Below are positions 10,661 to 20,603 of a DNA stretch of 64,000 bases, piece after piece. Under the pieces are notes generated by a model. It did not search any database. It saw only the letters and a list, made by a program, of their open reading frames with translations, and was not told where the DNA came from. Each line of letters opens with the position of its first letter. The first letter of the stretch is position 1. This stretch comes from an uncultured bacterium (GTDB taxonomy: Bacteria; Desulfobacterota_D; UBA1144; Nemesobacterales; UBA2774): NCBI GenBank assembly GCA_963825135.1, contig CAWGRW010000009.1:2080001-2144000 (forward strand). The letters run 5' to 3'. A program made the position numbers and the translations under genes.

Positions 10661-11701
10661 TTATTTCTCTATGACCTGCATCACATGACCGTCGGGGTCC
10701 CGCACGAGAAATCCCTTTTTAAAACCGAATTCCCCGTCAGGGACTTCCACCGCGCCTCCCGATACCACGGAGTAACCCTTGTCTCTCAGGCTTTGGACGA
10801 GTCCGTCCGGATTATCGGTCTCCAGAGTCGTCTGCCAGTGAACTATATCATTTGCTTTTTCATCGTCAGGTGCGGGACGTCCGCCCCCGGGCGCCAGATA
10901 TTCGAGGAACTCTATACCGGGGCCTTCAGAGGATTTTAATCCCGTTATACGGAGCACCGCGCCGAATACGTTATTGAGGTGCTCCTGCTCGGTTCCGTAA
11001 TTCATACTTTCACCCGCTACCTTCATACCGAGCGCATCCCGGTAAAATTTCAGGCTCTCCTCCGTATCGTCTACGACTATCGCGGTATGGTCTATACCCA
11101 GGAAGAGTTTATCACCATTCCCCTGCCATTTGGAGTTTCCCTTTCCCGGCGGGAAATATATTATTTCGAGGTAGTGCCCGTCAGGGTCCCTGAAGTAAAA
11201 GGCCCTTATCCCGGCTGCCGCCTTATTCGAGGCGGGGATCGTTTGAGGCGCAGTCGAGGCGTACCTTACCTTGTTCTGTCTTAGCTGCTCGAACGCCTTG
11301 TCTATGTCGCTTACTACTATTGCTATGTGCTGAAACCAGAGGTCGTTGCTCCTTGTATCACGGGGGAAGGGTTTACCTTCCGGGGTTAGGTACTCGGTCA
11401 GTTCGATCGTTTCGTCCCCGAGCTGCATGTGTACGACCCTGATCCTGAGCCCGAATACCCCGAGTAAATGCTCATACTCGTCACCGTATACCTCGGTGTC
11501 GGAAACCTTTTTAAAATTGAGGACTTTGGAATAAAAATCTACGGACCTGTCCATGTCCGAAACCGTCATGCCGACGGCGTCTACCGCGTGCACGGAGGCT
11601 TTATCTTCAGAGTAGGCGGCCGTCAGCCAGGCTAAAGAAATGATGATTATAGCAAGGCATGTCAGAACTTGTCTTCCGGTTTTCAGAGAGACTGCTTTCA
11701 T
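10661..11701 (-). CDS. Secreted double-domain VOC (glyoxalase-like) protein
   Basis: Signal peptide; two VOC repeats (QHIAIVV..FYFRDPDGH and IDHTAIVV..LVRDPDGH). Confidence 0.88.
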   Translation of the reverse strand: MKAVSLKTGRQVLTCLAIIIISLAWLTAAYSEDKASVHAVDAVGMTVSDMDRSVDFYSKVLNFKKVSDTEVYGDEYEHLLGVFGLRIRVVHMQLGDETIELTEYLTPEGKPFPRDTRSNDLWFQHIAIVVSDIDKAFEQLRQNKVRYASTAPQTIPASNKAAAGIRAFYFRDPDGHYLEIIYFPPGKGNSKWQGNGDKLFLGIDHTAIVVDDTEESLKFYRDALGMKVAGESMNYGTEQEHLNNVFGAVLRITGLKSSEGPGIEFLEYLAPGGGRPAPDDEKANDIVHWQTTLETDNPDGLVQSLRDKGYSVVSGGAVEVPDGEFGFKKGFLVRDPDGHVMQVIEK

Positions 11702-11758
11702 AAGATTCCCGTCCTCGTGCTCGTTTGCAGTTTATGGTTCATTGTCTTTTCCGGTTTC

Positions 11759-13309
11759 TCACGCGAGTCTTTCGAGCAGATGATCCCCGACGCGCAGGGC
11801 GTTCGCCATTATCGTGAGGGCCGGGTTAACAGCGCCGCAGGAGGGGAAGAAACTCGCATCGACGACGTAGAGGTTATCGAGGTCGTGCGCCTTGCAGTTC
11901 ACGTCGAGGGCCGAAGAAGCCGGGTCTTTCCCGAAGCGTATGGTCCCGTTCTGGTGAGCGACCCCCGCGAGAGGTATCTGCTGACCTATGAAGAGGTTCC
12001 TCGGGATGAGATGCTCCTCGTGGCACCCGATCGCGTTCATTAGGCCCTTGAGCCTGGCGATTAAACGTTTGTGCGGCTCCTGGTTGTTGGGCGTATAAGA
12101 GAGAACGATCTTCCCGTTCGAGTCGAGCGTGACCCTGTTATTCGGATCGGGCAGGTCCTCGGACGTTATCCAGAAATCGAGCGAATGCTTGGCCATGATA
12201 TCGAGGGTCATTCCTGGAACGATAGCCGGGGCTCCTGCTGAAAGCGTCGCCGCGTCCAGCTTTCCGACGAACGATATGTGGCCCATCGGGAATTCGTAAT
12301 CGTCCGAGCCGAAATAAAAATCGTTGAGGGCAAGTGTTTTCTGGAATATTGTCGGATTGGGCTTTTTGGACAAAGCCATGACTATGGAATTCACGTGTCC
12401 CATGTAGTGTCTTCCGACGGTGTCGGAGTTGTTCGCCAGTCCGCGCGGGTGTCTGTCGTTTGCCGACCTGAGGAGAAGCGCCGCCGAGTTTATCGCGCCG
12501 CATGATACCACGACCATTTTCGCCGTATATTCCTCGGTGTTTCCGTTCCTCTCGACTATTACCTTCGAGACCTCGCGTCCGGAGGGACTCGTCTCTAAGC
12601 GTGCTACGTATGAGTTCGTAAGGAGTGTCACGTTTTCATGTTCGAGCGCGGGGTCCACGCAGAGCACCTGAGCGTCTGATTTCGCGTTTACCAGGCACGG
12701 ATGACCGTCGCAAGTGCTGCATCTTATACAGGGGCTCTTCCTGGGGTCGCTCTCGTCGAGCCTCACGCCCACCGGGACGTGGAACGGCTTTAATCCGCAC
12801 TTCTCCAGATCATCGTGAAGCTCCTGCATCCTCGGTTCGTGAGATACCGGAGGGTGGGGGTAGGGCGCGCTCGCCTCGGGTTCGGTCGGGTCTTCCCCGC
12901 GCTTTCCGTGCACATGATACAGGTTCTCCGCTTTTGTGTAATAGGGCTCCAGCTCTTCGTAAGAAATAGGCCACGCGGGAGACATGCCGTCTTTGTGCTG
13001 ATACTCTCCGAAGTCCTCTCTCCTAAGCCTGAAGAGCGCGGCTCCGTAGAATTTGGTGTTGCCCCCGACATAATAATTCGTATGCGGGTGGAGCGGCTTG
13101 CCGTCCTTGTCGTGCCAGATTTCTTTCGTCTGATACTTGCCCTGGACGTTCACGGCGCGGGTGTCCCAGTTGTCTTTTTCGCGGGGCACATAGTTGCCCC
13201 TTTCGAGGAGGAGTATTTTCTTGCCTGAAGGAGCGAGTGCGTAAGCCAGCGTGCCGCCCCCTGCCCCGGTCCCGATTATTATTACGTCGTAATGGTTCTC
13301 TGATGACAT
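11759..13309 (-). CDS. GMC-family FAD oxidoreductase
   Basis: YDVIIIGTGAGGG, VGGNTKFYGA, CIRCSTCDGHPC, HQNGT and NPALTI motifs; start at MSSEN. Confidence 0.93.
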   Translation of the reverse strand: MSSENHYDVIIIGTGAGGGTLAYALAPSGKKILLLERGNYVPREKDNWDTRAVNVQGKYQTKEIWHDKDGKPLHPHTNYYVGGNTKFYGAALFRLRREDFGEYQHKDGMSPAWPISYEELEPYYTKAENLYHVHGKRGEDPTEPEASAPYPHPPVSHEPRMQELHDDLEKCGLKPFHVPVGVRLDESDPRKSPCIRCSTCDGHPCLVNAKSDAQVLCVDPALEHENVTLLTNSYVARLETSPSGREVSKVIVERNGNTEEYTAKMVVVSCGAINSAALLLRSANDRHPRGLANNSDTVGRHYMGHVNSIVMALSKKPNPTIFQKTLALNDFYFGSDDYEFPMGHISFVGKLDAATLSAGAPAIVPGMTLDIMAKHSLDFWITSEDLPDPNNRVTLDSNGKIVLSYTPNNQEPHKRLIARLKGLMNAIGCHEEHLIPRNLFIGQQIPLAGVAHQNGTIRFGKDPASSALDVNCKAHDLDNLYVVDASFFPSCGAVNPALTIMANALRVGDHLLERLA

Positions 13310-13323
13310 TGTTATGGCCTCCG

Positions 13324-14166
13324 TTATTTGGATGCTGCTAGTGGAGCCGTACCGAAGTTGACGCCGAACCGTTCGCACCATATCGTCACTGAATGGTAGT
13401 CTGCAAGATTTATATCGGACGGTATCTCGTAGTTCTGGTCTCCGACGTTGCCCTTGAGCGGCCCAAGCTCCAGATAGCCGGCTTTGGTGACCGTGTCGTT
13501 ATCGTTCGCATCCTGAGCAGCGCCCAGGAATATGTGCACGTCGGGGCCGTTCGACGTCTCGAAGTCCGTGAGCCTGAGCACGCGCTTCCCGTCGGGGAGC
13601 TCGAATATCGCTGCCGTCCCTTTGGTCTCGTGCGCCACTCCATGGAAGCTGCCCTCGGATATACTTACCGGTCCGGAATTCGCGGCCGGAGCCGTTTTAA
13701 GAGGAGCGGTTCCGAAATTGACGCCGAATCGTTCGCACCAGATCGTCACGGAATTATATTTGCCCAGATCGGTGCCAGGAGGTATCTCGTAGTTCTGGTC
13801 TCCGACGTTGCCCTTGAGCGGCCCAAGCTCCAGATAGCCGGCTTTGGTGACCGTGTCGTTATCGTTCGCATCCTGAGCAGCGCCCAGGAATATGTGCACG
13901 TCGGGGCCGTTCGATGTCTCGAAGTCCGTGAGCCTGAGCACGCGCTTCCCGTCGGGGAGCTCGAATATCGCTGCCGTCCCTTTGGTCTCGTGCGCCACTC
14001 CGTGGAAGCTTCCTGCTTTTATCGTGCTGGTTGAATCGGCGTGCTCAGTGGAAGCGCCCGGCAGACCTTCGTTCACGCTCTTGTTGATAAACAGCTTCTC
14101 GGGCCTGAAAAGATACCAGGCTATCAGAATTACGATTATTCCCAATACTATAATAACTTTTCTCAT
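13324..14166 (-). CDS. Membrane-anchored protein with two DM13 domains
   Basis: N-terminal TM helix, then two copies of GSFHG..LRLTDFETSNGPD..LKGNVGDQNY..SVTIWCERFGVNFG. Confidence 0.9.
   Translation of the reverse strand: MRKVIIVLGIIVILIAWYLFRPEKLFINKSVNEGLPGASTEHADSTSTIKAGSFHGVAHETKGTAAIFELPDGKRVLRLTDFETSNGPDVHIFLGAAQDANDNDTVTKAGYLELGPLKGNVGDQNYEIPPGTDLGKYNSVTIWCERFGVNFGTAPLKTAPAANSGPVSISEGSFHGVAHETKGTAAIFELPDGKRVLRLTDFETSNGPDVHIFLGAAQDANDNDTVTKAGYLELGPLKGNVGDQNYEIPSDINLADYHSVTIWCERFGVNFGTAPLAASK
13421..14010. repeat. Near-identical intragenic direct repeat (230 bp x2, period 360 bp)
   Basis: 13421-13650 and 13781-14010 differ at only two positions by eye (13555/13915 and 13642/14002). 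Confidence 0.95.
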
Positions 14167-14486
14167 CTCAGTGAAGCCTCCGTTTAATTTTGTAAGAGGC
14201 ATAAGCTGCTCATTGCCCATGCCGTACTTCGGATTTGGTACGTTAGACGCATGAACCTAATCGAGGGATTTATGGGTGTGTTAAGGCCGGATTAATGTTG
14301 ATAAAGGAGAAATCAACTAACCATGATTATTTGGGTCCGGACCGAGGGGCCTAAAGCCAGCCTATCTCGTATTTAGCGTGATTCTATTGAGGGGGACACG
14401 CCTGTCTTTAAAATGCCGGGGAGCGCCCCATCCGGGGAGAATATGTAAGCTACAGGGTCAGGCCCCCGGTTGAGTGTTAATAGAAA

Positions 14487-14527
14487 GGCTGCTGCATATG
14501 CCATTATAATGATCGTGTGCAGCAGCC
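14487..14527 (-). terminator. Stem-loop downstream of msrB
   Basis: GGCTGCTGCA...TGCAGCAGCC inverted repeat followed by a short T-rich stretch on the minus strand. Confidence 0.55.
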
Positions 14528-14569
14528 GGATTGCCAGTTTACATGACTATATTTTATGTGTCTGCAAGA

Positions 14570-15184
14570 CTATTCGAATAAAACAACGAATTCTGCATAG
14601 CCGTTTTTTTTGAGATCTTCTTTAGGTATGAATCGGAGCGACGCCGAGTTGATGCAGTACCTCAGGCCTGTCGGGGGAGGGCCGTCGTCGAAGACATGGC
14701 CGAGATGCGAATCGGCCGCCTTGCTCCTCACTTCAAATCTCGTGATTATGAGACTGTTATCCTTAACTTCGACGAAATTTTCCGGAACGAGGGGTTTCGT
14801 GAAGCTAGGCCAGCCCGTGCCGGAATCGAATTTGTCTTTCGAGCTGAATAGCGGCTCGCCCGAGACTATGTCTACGTATATACCGTCTTTATGGTTGTCC
14901 CAGTATTCGTTGTTGAAAGGCTTTTCAGTCCCGTTTTCCTGTGTGACTTTATACTGTATCGGGGTGAGCTCCTTTTTGAGCTCGTCTTTGGAGGGTTTAA
15001 CGAACCCACCGCTCTCCTGACCCGTATTGACCGCCTGTCCGTTGCCGGCTTTATCTGTTCCGCTATCGCTCGCCGAGCTTGCCGGGGTGGTCTCGGCCCT
15101 CATCATCATGTCCATGTCGAGCCAGTTCAATGCAACAAAAATGGCAATAACGGCTGTAACTACAATAAGCGTAGTTTTAATCAT
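14570..15184 (-). CDS. msrB: Peptide-methionine (R)-S-oxide reductase with N-terminal export/anchor helix
   Basis: [28 protein letters not shown] and LRYCINS motifs. Confidence 0.96.
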   Translation of the reverse strand: MIKTTLIVVTAVIAIFVALNWLDMDMMMRAETTPASSASDSGTDKAGNGQAVNTGQESGGFVKPSKDELKKELTPIQYKVTQENGTEKPFNNEYWDNHKDGIYVDIVSGEPLFSSKDKFDSGTGWPSFTKPLVPENFVEVKDNSLIITRFEVRSKAADSHLGHVFDDGPPPTGLRYCINSASLRFIPKEDLKKNGYAEFVVLFE

Positions 15185-15296
15185 GTTTTGTCCCTCTCCA
15201 TATTGATTTGTACATCTTATCCATAGTATACGGAACCCGGGCGCTTTTGGATTTCTCTTTTTTGCCGGGATGCCTCGAAATCCCTCAAGTTAATCT

Positions 15297-15929
15297 TTAT
15301 CTCTGTGTTTCTCGCGGCGTCAGCCTCCCCGTGAGCGTATAAAACGGAAGCAGGAGCGCGTAGACGATCAGGAGTATCTCGATACTCCAGAAGCACAACA
15401 GCATTGTGATCGTCGCTATTATCGGTATGATGAGAAACCTGAACCGGACCGAATCCGCGTACTCGCGGGTTACAAAATCAGCGATAAGGTCGGGCTTAGA
15501 GCTCGCGTAAACCCACTGAAAATAAAGCGTCCAGCCTATGAGCGTGAGGTTAGCGCCGAAGAATAACGGGGCTATCTGTGTCTGGCCGAACGAGTTTATG
15601 AGGCTCGTGGAGAAAGGCAGCAGGGAGACGAACATAAAGAATAGTATGTTGAGCCAGAGCAGCACCCGGTCCGAATGCTTTATCGAATGGTACATGTAGT
15701 GATGCGCCACCCAGTAGATTCCGAGTCCGATGAAGCTCACTATATAAGAAAGGAACTTGGGCCACATATTGAAGAGCGCCGGGGCAAGCTGAACGTTAGA
15801 CGCGTGCTGGGGAAGATCCGATGTCTTGAGCTCGAATATGAGGAGCGTCATCACGATCGCGAATATGCCGTCGCTCAGCGCCTCGATTCTGTTCTTGCCT
15901 AATTCAAAGGGTTTGGCCCGGGTATCCAT
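15297..15929 (-). CDS. TMEM175-family (DUF1211) membrane protein / potassium channel
   Basis: RIEALSDGIFAIVMTLL signature, YWVAHH and multiple TM helices. Confidence 0.9.
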   Translation of the reverse strand: MDTRAKPFELGKNRIEALSDGIFAIVMTLLIFELKTSDLPQHASNVQLAPALFNMWPKFLSYIVSFIGLGIYWVAHHYMYHSIKHSDRVLLWLNILFFMFVSLLPFSTSLINSFGQTQIAPLFFGANLTLIGWTLYFQWVYASSKPDLIADFVTREYADSVRFRFLIIPIIATITMLLCFWSIEILLIVYALLLPFYTLTGRLTPRETQR

Positions 15930-16009
15930 GGGTGTTACTCCTCCCTGTTAACAAGCGCTTCCCAGCGCATAGATATCGTTGTTTCCCTGCTGTGCCTGAT
16001 TGGCCTGGG

Positions 16010-17014
16010 CTAGGCTGTTTTGCGGGCGAGGTCTTCGTACCTGATATTCCAGTCCGCCTGCATGCCTATGTTTTTCAGTGTCGATAGCACGCGTCCCGGT
16101 TCACCGAGATCGCTCCATTGTACGTCCTTCACGGCAAGGACCATGAGGTTGTCGGTGGATATCTCGAGCACTCTCTGTGAGAAATTGGCCTGGGTAATTT
16201 TTTCGTAGATATAATCCACTGCGTCGCTTTCCGAAGGGGTGCCTATCATATCGGACGACCTCACGAAATCGCGGTAGAGCACGGGGAGAGACCTGCTGAT
16301 CATGCCGAGGAAGGCAGATACCCTTCCCGTCATGACGAAACTATTCCAGAGACAGCCTCCTTGCAGCAGCTCGACGGCGGTTTTTTTGTCCGGCTTCTCC
16401 CAGAACCGTCTGACCCGTTTTGGAGCTGCCGGGGATTCGCTTGCGAGTCCGGTGCAGGGCTCGATCCATCCGTATTCCGTTTCGGCCGAGCTCGGGGTGA
16501 TCCCGAGCAGTACCACCATATCCTGATTGCGCTCTACGGCTTCGAAAGCCGTTTCGACCTGTCCCATGAACACCTCGTCATCGGACAGATAATGGTCCGA
16601 AGGGAAAAACGTGACGGACGCATCGGGGTCGACCCTGGCGATCCGGAGCAGGCTGTAGAGAATCGCGGGAGCTGTTCCCAGGTTCGCGGGTTGATCCACG
16701 ATCTGGTCGGGTTTGAATCTGTCGAAGAGGTAATTATAGAATCTTTCGTGGGTACGTGTGACGGACAGGAGTATATTACCGCTCTGTATGCGGGCCCTCA
16801 CCCGTTTAATCGTCCTCTCTAGAAGAGACTCTTCCCCCAGAATGGGACAGAATTGCTTCGGTCTCTCGTCTCCCGTTATCAGTTTCGTCATGGAGCGGAG
16901 CCGTGTACCGTCGCCGCCTGCCAGAATAATCCCCCACCTGTGGAGCTCGGATTCCTTTTTAATCTCCTTTCCGTCTTCGTCCCCGATCCTGTGAGTAGTC
17001 GGATGTTTTTTCAT
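16010..17014 (-). CDS. Mannose-1-phosphate guanylyltransferase-like nucleotidyltransferase
   Basis: IILAGGDGTRL, RPKQF, FPSDH, EYGWI, FWEKP and WSDLG motifs. Confidence 0.85.
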   Translation of the reverse strand: MKKHPTTHRIGDEDGKEIKKESELHRWGIILAGGDGTRLRSMTKLITGDERPKQFCPILGEESLLERTIKRVRARIQSGNILLSVTRTHERFYNYLFDRFKPDQIVDQPANLGTAPAILYSLLRIARVDPDASVTFFPSDHYLSDDEVFMGQVETAFEAVERNQDMVVLLGITPSSAETEYGWIEPCTGLASESPAAPKRVRRFWEKPDKKTAVELLQGGCLWNSFVMTGRVSAFLGMISRSLPVLYRDFVRSSDMIGTPSESDAVDYIYEKITQANFSQRVLEISTDNLMVLAVKDVQWSDLGEPGRVLSTLKNIGMQADWNIRYEDLARKTA

Positions 17015-17048
17015 GAGTGTGTCCTTGTGGTTCCGTTTCTTTTTTTGT

Positions 17049-18689
17049 CTAATTATAATGCGCATTCGCTCCCTGTATACCGAGGCGCATCATATATAAT
17101 CCGCTCTGGGCGCATAGAAAGAGCGTCTTTCCGTCTTCCCCGCCCCAGGCCATGTTGTGTACGTGCCTGGGAGCGATAATGGTCCCTATGTGCTTTCCGC
17201 CCGCTGAAATCACCCAGATACCGCCCGGGCCCGAGACATAGAGGTTCCCCCGGGAATCGACTTTTATACCGTCGATTGCGTCCTCACCCGGGGCTTCCGT
17301 CATATCGAAGAAGCGCTCCCCCTCCGATAACGTGCCGTCTTTTTTAACTTCATAGCGCATTACGACTTTGTTTTCCGGGTCCCAGTTCCCGACGTAGAGA
17401 TGCTTTTCATCGGGCGAGAATGCTATTCCGTTGGGCCCCTTCAACTCCTTATTCAATAAGACGATTTGACCGTCAGGAGATATCCGGTATACCCCGCTCC
17501 AGGGGATTTCTTTCCTGGGGTCGTTCTCGAACATCGGAAGTCCGAAGGGCGGGTCCGTGAAGTATAGGGAGCCGTCCGACTTGTAAACGAGGTCGTTGGG
17601 GCTGTTAAGCCTCTTGCCCTCGTAGCTGTCGGCAAGCACCGTGACTGCCCCGTCCTTCTCGATTCTCGAAACCCTGTGGTTTCCGTGCTCGTCGATTGTG
17701 AGTCTGCCTTCTTTATCGAGAGCGAGGCCGTTTGATCCGGGCTGCTTAAATTCGGCTATGTCGGAGCCTGAATACCCGCTCGGTTGACGGAATATGGAGA
17801 GCTCCCCGTCCTTCGAGATTTTATAGATAATATTGCTGTTGGGGTCGCTGAAGAGAAGGTATTCACCGTCGTTTACCCAGACCGGGCCCTCGGTGAATTT
17901 GAATCCTTCGGCGAGCTTGAATATCTTCGGGTTAGGCCCGGCTATAGCGTCCATAGCGGGATCGAGCCTTACTACCTCTACATTCACCTCTGAAGGCGTT
18001 ACCGCTATCGGCGCCTCGCTCCCCTCGTAGAACTCAAGCTTTGCCTCCCTCATCCATATGAAATTGGTCGGCGGGTTGGATATAGGTCCGTTAATGCCGA
18101 AGACCGCGAGCTGGATGGTATCTCCCGGCTTCACGTCTCGCCCTATTACAAGCCTGTTGGCTGCGTTCCATCCCGCTATAACGGAGCCGCCCGCCTGACC
18201 GAGGTACCGGGCGAGCTCGCCGTTTACCCAGACCTCTGCGTAGTCGTCAATCGCGGTCTCGAATACGACTGTCGAACCTTCGGTAGCGAAACCGCCGACG
18301 CTTTCAGGGATCGTTACCCTGATCCGGTACCAGTTGAAGCATATCCTGCCCGTCGAACGGCGCTGGCTCAGGGTCTCGGGCGCGATCTTTTCCCATTTCG
18401 AGTCGTCGTAATCGGCGCCGCCCGCTTTTGGCGTGTAGTCATATGTTTTGACGGGGGCCCCCGTGGGCTGATTGTCGGTCCCCGGGCCCTTGAAATCGAC
18501 TTCGGTTATCTTGACGTCGCTGTAGAGCCACTGCCCTTTTACCTCCTCTGCCCCCTCCGAAGTAGCGAGATCGATGACGGCGGCGGGCTTCCCGTTCGGA
18601 ACGTCAACAGGCTCGACACTGCGGGCGACGAGCGCAGATATGATGGATAAAAGAAATACGGCCGTGTATATGATGGATTCGAGTATCAT
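17049..18689 (-). CDS. Secreted SMP-30/gluconolactonase with an N-terminal beta-sandwich domain
   Basis: FTEGPVW, GSNGL, LNSPND, GPNGIAFSPD and DGIKVD motifs; N-domain with IDDYAEVWVNG. Confidence 0.9.
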   Translation of the reverse strand: MILESIIYTAVFLLSIISALVARSVEPVDVPNGKPAAVIDLATSEGAEEVKGQWLYSDVKITEVDFKGPGTDNQPTGAPVKTYDYTPKAGGADYDDSKWEKIAPETLSQRRSTGRICFNWYRIRVTIPESVGGFATEGSTVVFETAIDDYAEVWVNGELARYLGQAGGSVIAGWNAANRLVIGRDVKPGDTIQLAVFGINGPISNPPTNFIWMREAKLEFYEGSEAPIAVTPSEVNVEVVRLDPAMDAIAGPNPKIFKLAEGFKFTEGPVWVNDGEYLLFSDPNSNIIYKISKDGELSIFRQPSGYSGSDIAEFKQPGSNGLALDKEGRLTIDEHGNHRVSRIEKDGAVTVLADSYEGKRLNSPNDLVYKSDGSLYFTDPPFGLPMFENDPRKEIPWSGVYRISPDGQIVLLNKELKGPNGIAFSPDEKHLYVGNWDPENKVVMRYEVKKDGTLSEGERFFDMTEAPGEDAIDGIKVDSRGNLYVSGPGGIWVISAGGKHIGTIIAPRHVHNMAWGGEDGKTLFLCAQSGLYMMRLGIQGANAHYN

Positions 18690-19183
18690 TGTTTCTCTCC
18701 TGGATTTTCGGTCTCGCTTACCGCCGATGCTCCGACTATTGCGATATCTTCGTCTTCCTGCGGGGTGTTTCCGCTGACGCCGATTGCGCCCGCCACCTTG
18801 CCGCTAATGATGATCGGTATCCCTCCCTGGAGAGGCGTCGCACCCGGAAGCGCGAGCGCCGCAACCCGGCCCTCGCGAATCTGGTCCTCGAATACCTTGC
18901 TCGGCCGCCTGAATATGGCGGCTGTGCGCGCCTTACCTATCCCCACTTCGACGCTCGCCACCTGAGTATCGTCCAGGCGCTCGAGGAGTATCAGATGCCC
19001 GCCGTCGTCGACGACCGCTATCACCACTGTCGCGCCTCTCCTGGCCGCTTCCTTCTCCGCGGCCTCGACCGCTTTCTTCGCTGCTCCCAGGGTGAGGATC
19101 GGTTTTACTGGAGTCTCGGCTTCGGCCGCGAGCACAGCGGGTATCGTCAGAATTAATAGAAGAGTGGATATTATTTTTTTCAT
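18686..19183 (-). CDS. GlcG/HbpS-family heme-binding protein (exported)
   Basis: IAVVDDGGHL, GKARTAA, GGIPI..GAIGVSG and signal peptide. Confidence 0.9.
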   Translation of the reverse strand: MKKIISTLLLILTIPAVLAAEAETPVKPILTLGAAKKAVEAAEKEAARRGATVVIAVVDDGGHLILLERLDDTQVASVEVGIGKARTAAIFRRPSKVFEDQIREGRVAALALPGATPLQGGIPIIISGKVAGAIGVSGNTPQEDEDIAIVGASAVSETENPGEKQ

Positions 19184-19201
19184 TTTCGCTCTCTCCCCGA
19201 C

Positions 19202-20062
19202 CTAACCAACCTTGACTACGTAATAGAGGAGCGGACCGTTCACTGTCTTAAACCAGTGAGGGACGCCGGCCGGCACGATGATCACGTCACCGGGCTTGAT
19301 CTCGCGCGGCTCACCCCCTGAGATCTCTTTCCCTCGTATCTCATCGGGCGCAATTGACTTGCCTTCGACGACTGTCCCTTCCGTCACGAACATGGCGGAC
19401 CCTTCGAGGACATAGATGATGTCCGTATCTTTGGTATGGACCTCCGCGACGCCCGGCTCGGTTCTGCGGCTCGCATGTACTTTGTAGCCGGCCGTCTCTG
19501 TGAGCGGCATGCCCTTGGCGAATGCAGCCTTGACCTCACTATTGTCGAAGTAAGTGACGGGAGCGGTGCTCATCTCTGCGGATGAACCGTTCATTAGCGC
19601 GCCGGCCCCTGCGAGCGCGAGCTCTTCGTCCTGCTGTGCGCTGGATGCACCGCTCACTCCGACGGCTCCCACAATCTCCCCGTTGATCGTTATCGGCACC
19701 CCGCCCTGGAGGGGGGTGAAGTCCTGAAGGGCGACCATGCTGGTGCGCCCGTTCTTGATTACGTCTTCAAAAAACTTGGTCGGCTTCTTAAAAAGAGCGG
19801 CCGTCCTCGCCTTTCCGATGGAAATATTCGCGCCTGCCGCAAACGTCCCGTCGATACGCTCAAGCGCCATCAGGTTTCCGCCGTCGTCCACGACCGCTAC
19901 TACCGCGCCCGGAGCGTTCAGTCTTTTTGCCTCGGCCATGGCCGCTGCGATCACGATATCGGCGCCCTCGAGCGTGAGTGATTTCTTCTCCGCCACCTGC
20001 GCCTCCGCTGACACGGCGCACGTAAAAAGCAGTATTGCCAAAACCAGTTCGATAATCTTCAT
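19202..20062 (-). CDS. GlcG/HbpS heme-binding domain fused to a C-terminal cupin
   Basis: HbpS motifs followed by EVHTKDTDIIYVLEG...PGDVIIVPAGVPHWF cupin motifs; start at MKIIEL. Confidence 0.88.
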   Translation of the reverse strand: MKIIELVLAILLFTCAVSAEAQVAEKKSLTLEGADIVIAAAMAEAKRLNAPGAVVAVVDDGGNLMALERIDGTFAAGANISIGKARTAALFKKPTKFFEDVIKNGRTSMVALQDFTPLQGGVPITINGEIVGAVGVSGASSAQQDEELALAGAGALMNGSSAEMSTAPVTYFDNSEVKAAFAKGMPLTETAGYKVHASRRTEPGVAEVHTKDTDIIYVLEGSAMFVTEGTVVEGKSIAPDEIRGKEISGGEPREIKPGDVIIVPAGVPHWFKTVNGPLLYYVVKVG

Positions 20063-20155
20063 TATTAATCCCTCCCGGAATTTATCTGACTCTGAACGGC
20101 CGGCTTGTCTCTCGATATGAAACACGGCCGGCCGTCACATGATTTGATTCACTGT

Positions 20156-20569
20156 TTAATTCATCGCCGCTGCGAACGGAGCCTCGCCGAGCAGGGCTTG
20201 CGCGTATGCGCACCAGATCTGGACCTTTGCTACATCGTGCACGTATGAGGGCACCGTGATTGACTTATTAATCTTGTCACCCTTTATGGGCAGGCGCTCC
20301 AGCAGGTAAACGTTGCCTTTCGAATCCACGACCTGCCAGTGTGGGTCGGGGGTCCCCGGTACTACGAAATCGTCGGAGAGCGTAAGGACGGTTTTGCCCC
20401 CGTCTTTCGTGAGCGTCACGGTACCGCCGTTTACCTTAGCGCCCGAGAACGGCTGCGAAGTCATCTGATCCGCGGCGTAGCCGGCCGCTGCCCCGATTAT
20501 CAGCACGAGAAGCATAACGATCGAAACAACGCCTGATTTAATACTCGTCGACTTAAAAGAGCTAAGCAT
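20156..20569 (-). CDS. Secreted DM13-like protein
   Basis: Signal peptide; LTLSDDF..PDPH..VQIWC pattern parallels DM13. Confidence 0.6.
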   Translation of the reverse strand: MLSSFKSTSIKSGVVSIVMLLVLIIGAAAGYAADQMTSQPFSGAKVNGGTVTLTKDGGKTVLTLSDDFVVPGTPDPHWQVVDSKGNVYLLERLPIKGDKINKSITVPSYVHDVAKVQIWCAYAQALLGEAPFAAAMN

Positions 20570-20603
20570 TTTACTTCCTCCTGTGTTAGTGTTTTTAAAT
20601 CTT

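Noticed and set aside
14230..14480. Long intergenic region, candidate riboswitch or sRNA
   Set aside because: No recognisable family motif by eye; an Rfam covariance search would be needed.
20096..20135. Intra-cluster inverted repeat ACGGCCGGC/GCCGGCCGT
   Set aside because: Single short hairpin without a T-tail; at most an mRNA-stability element.
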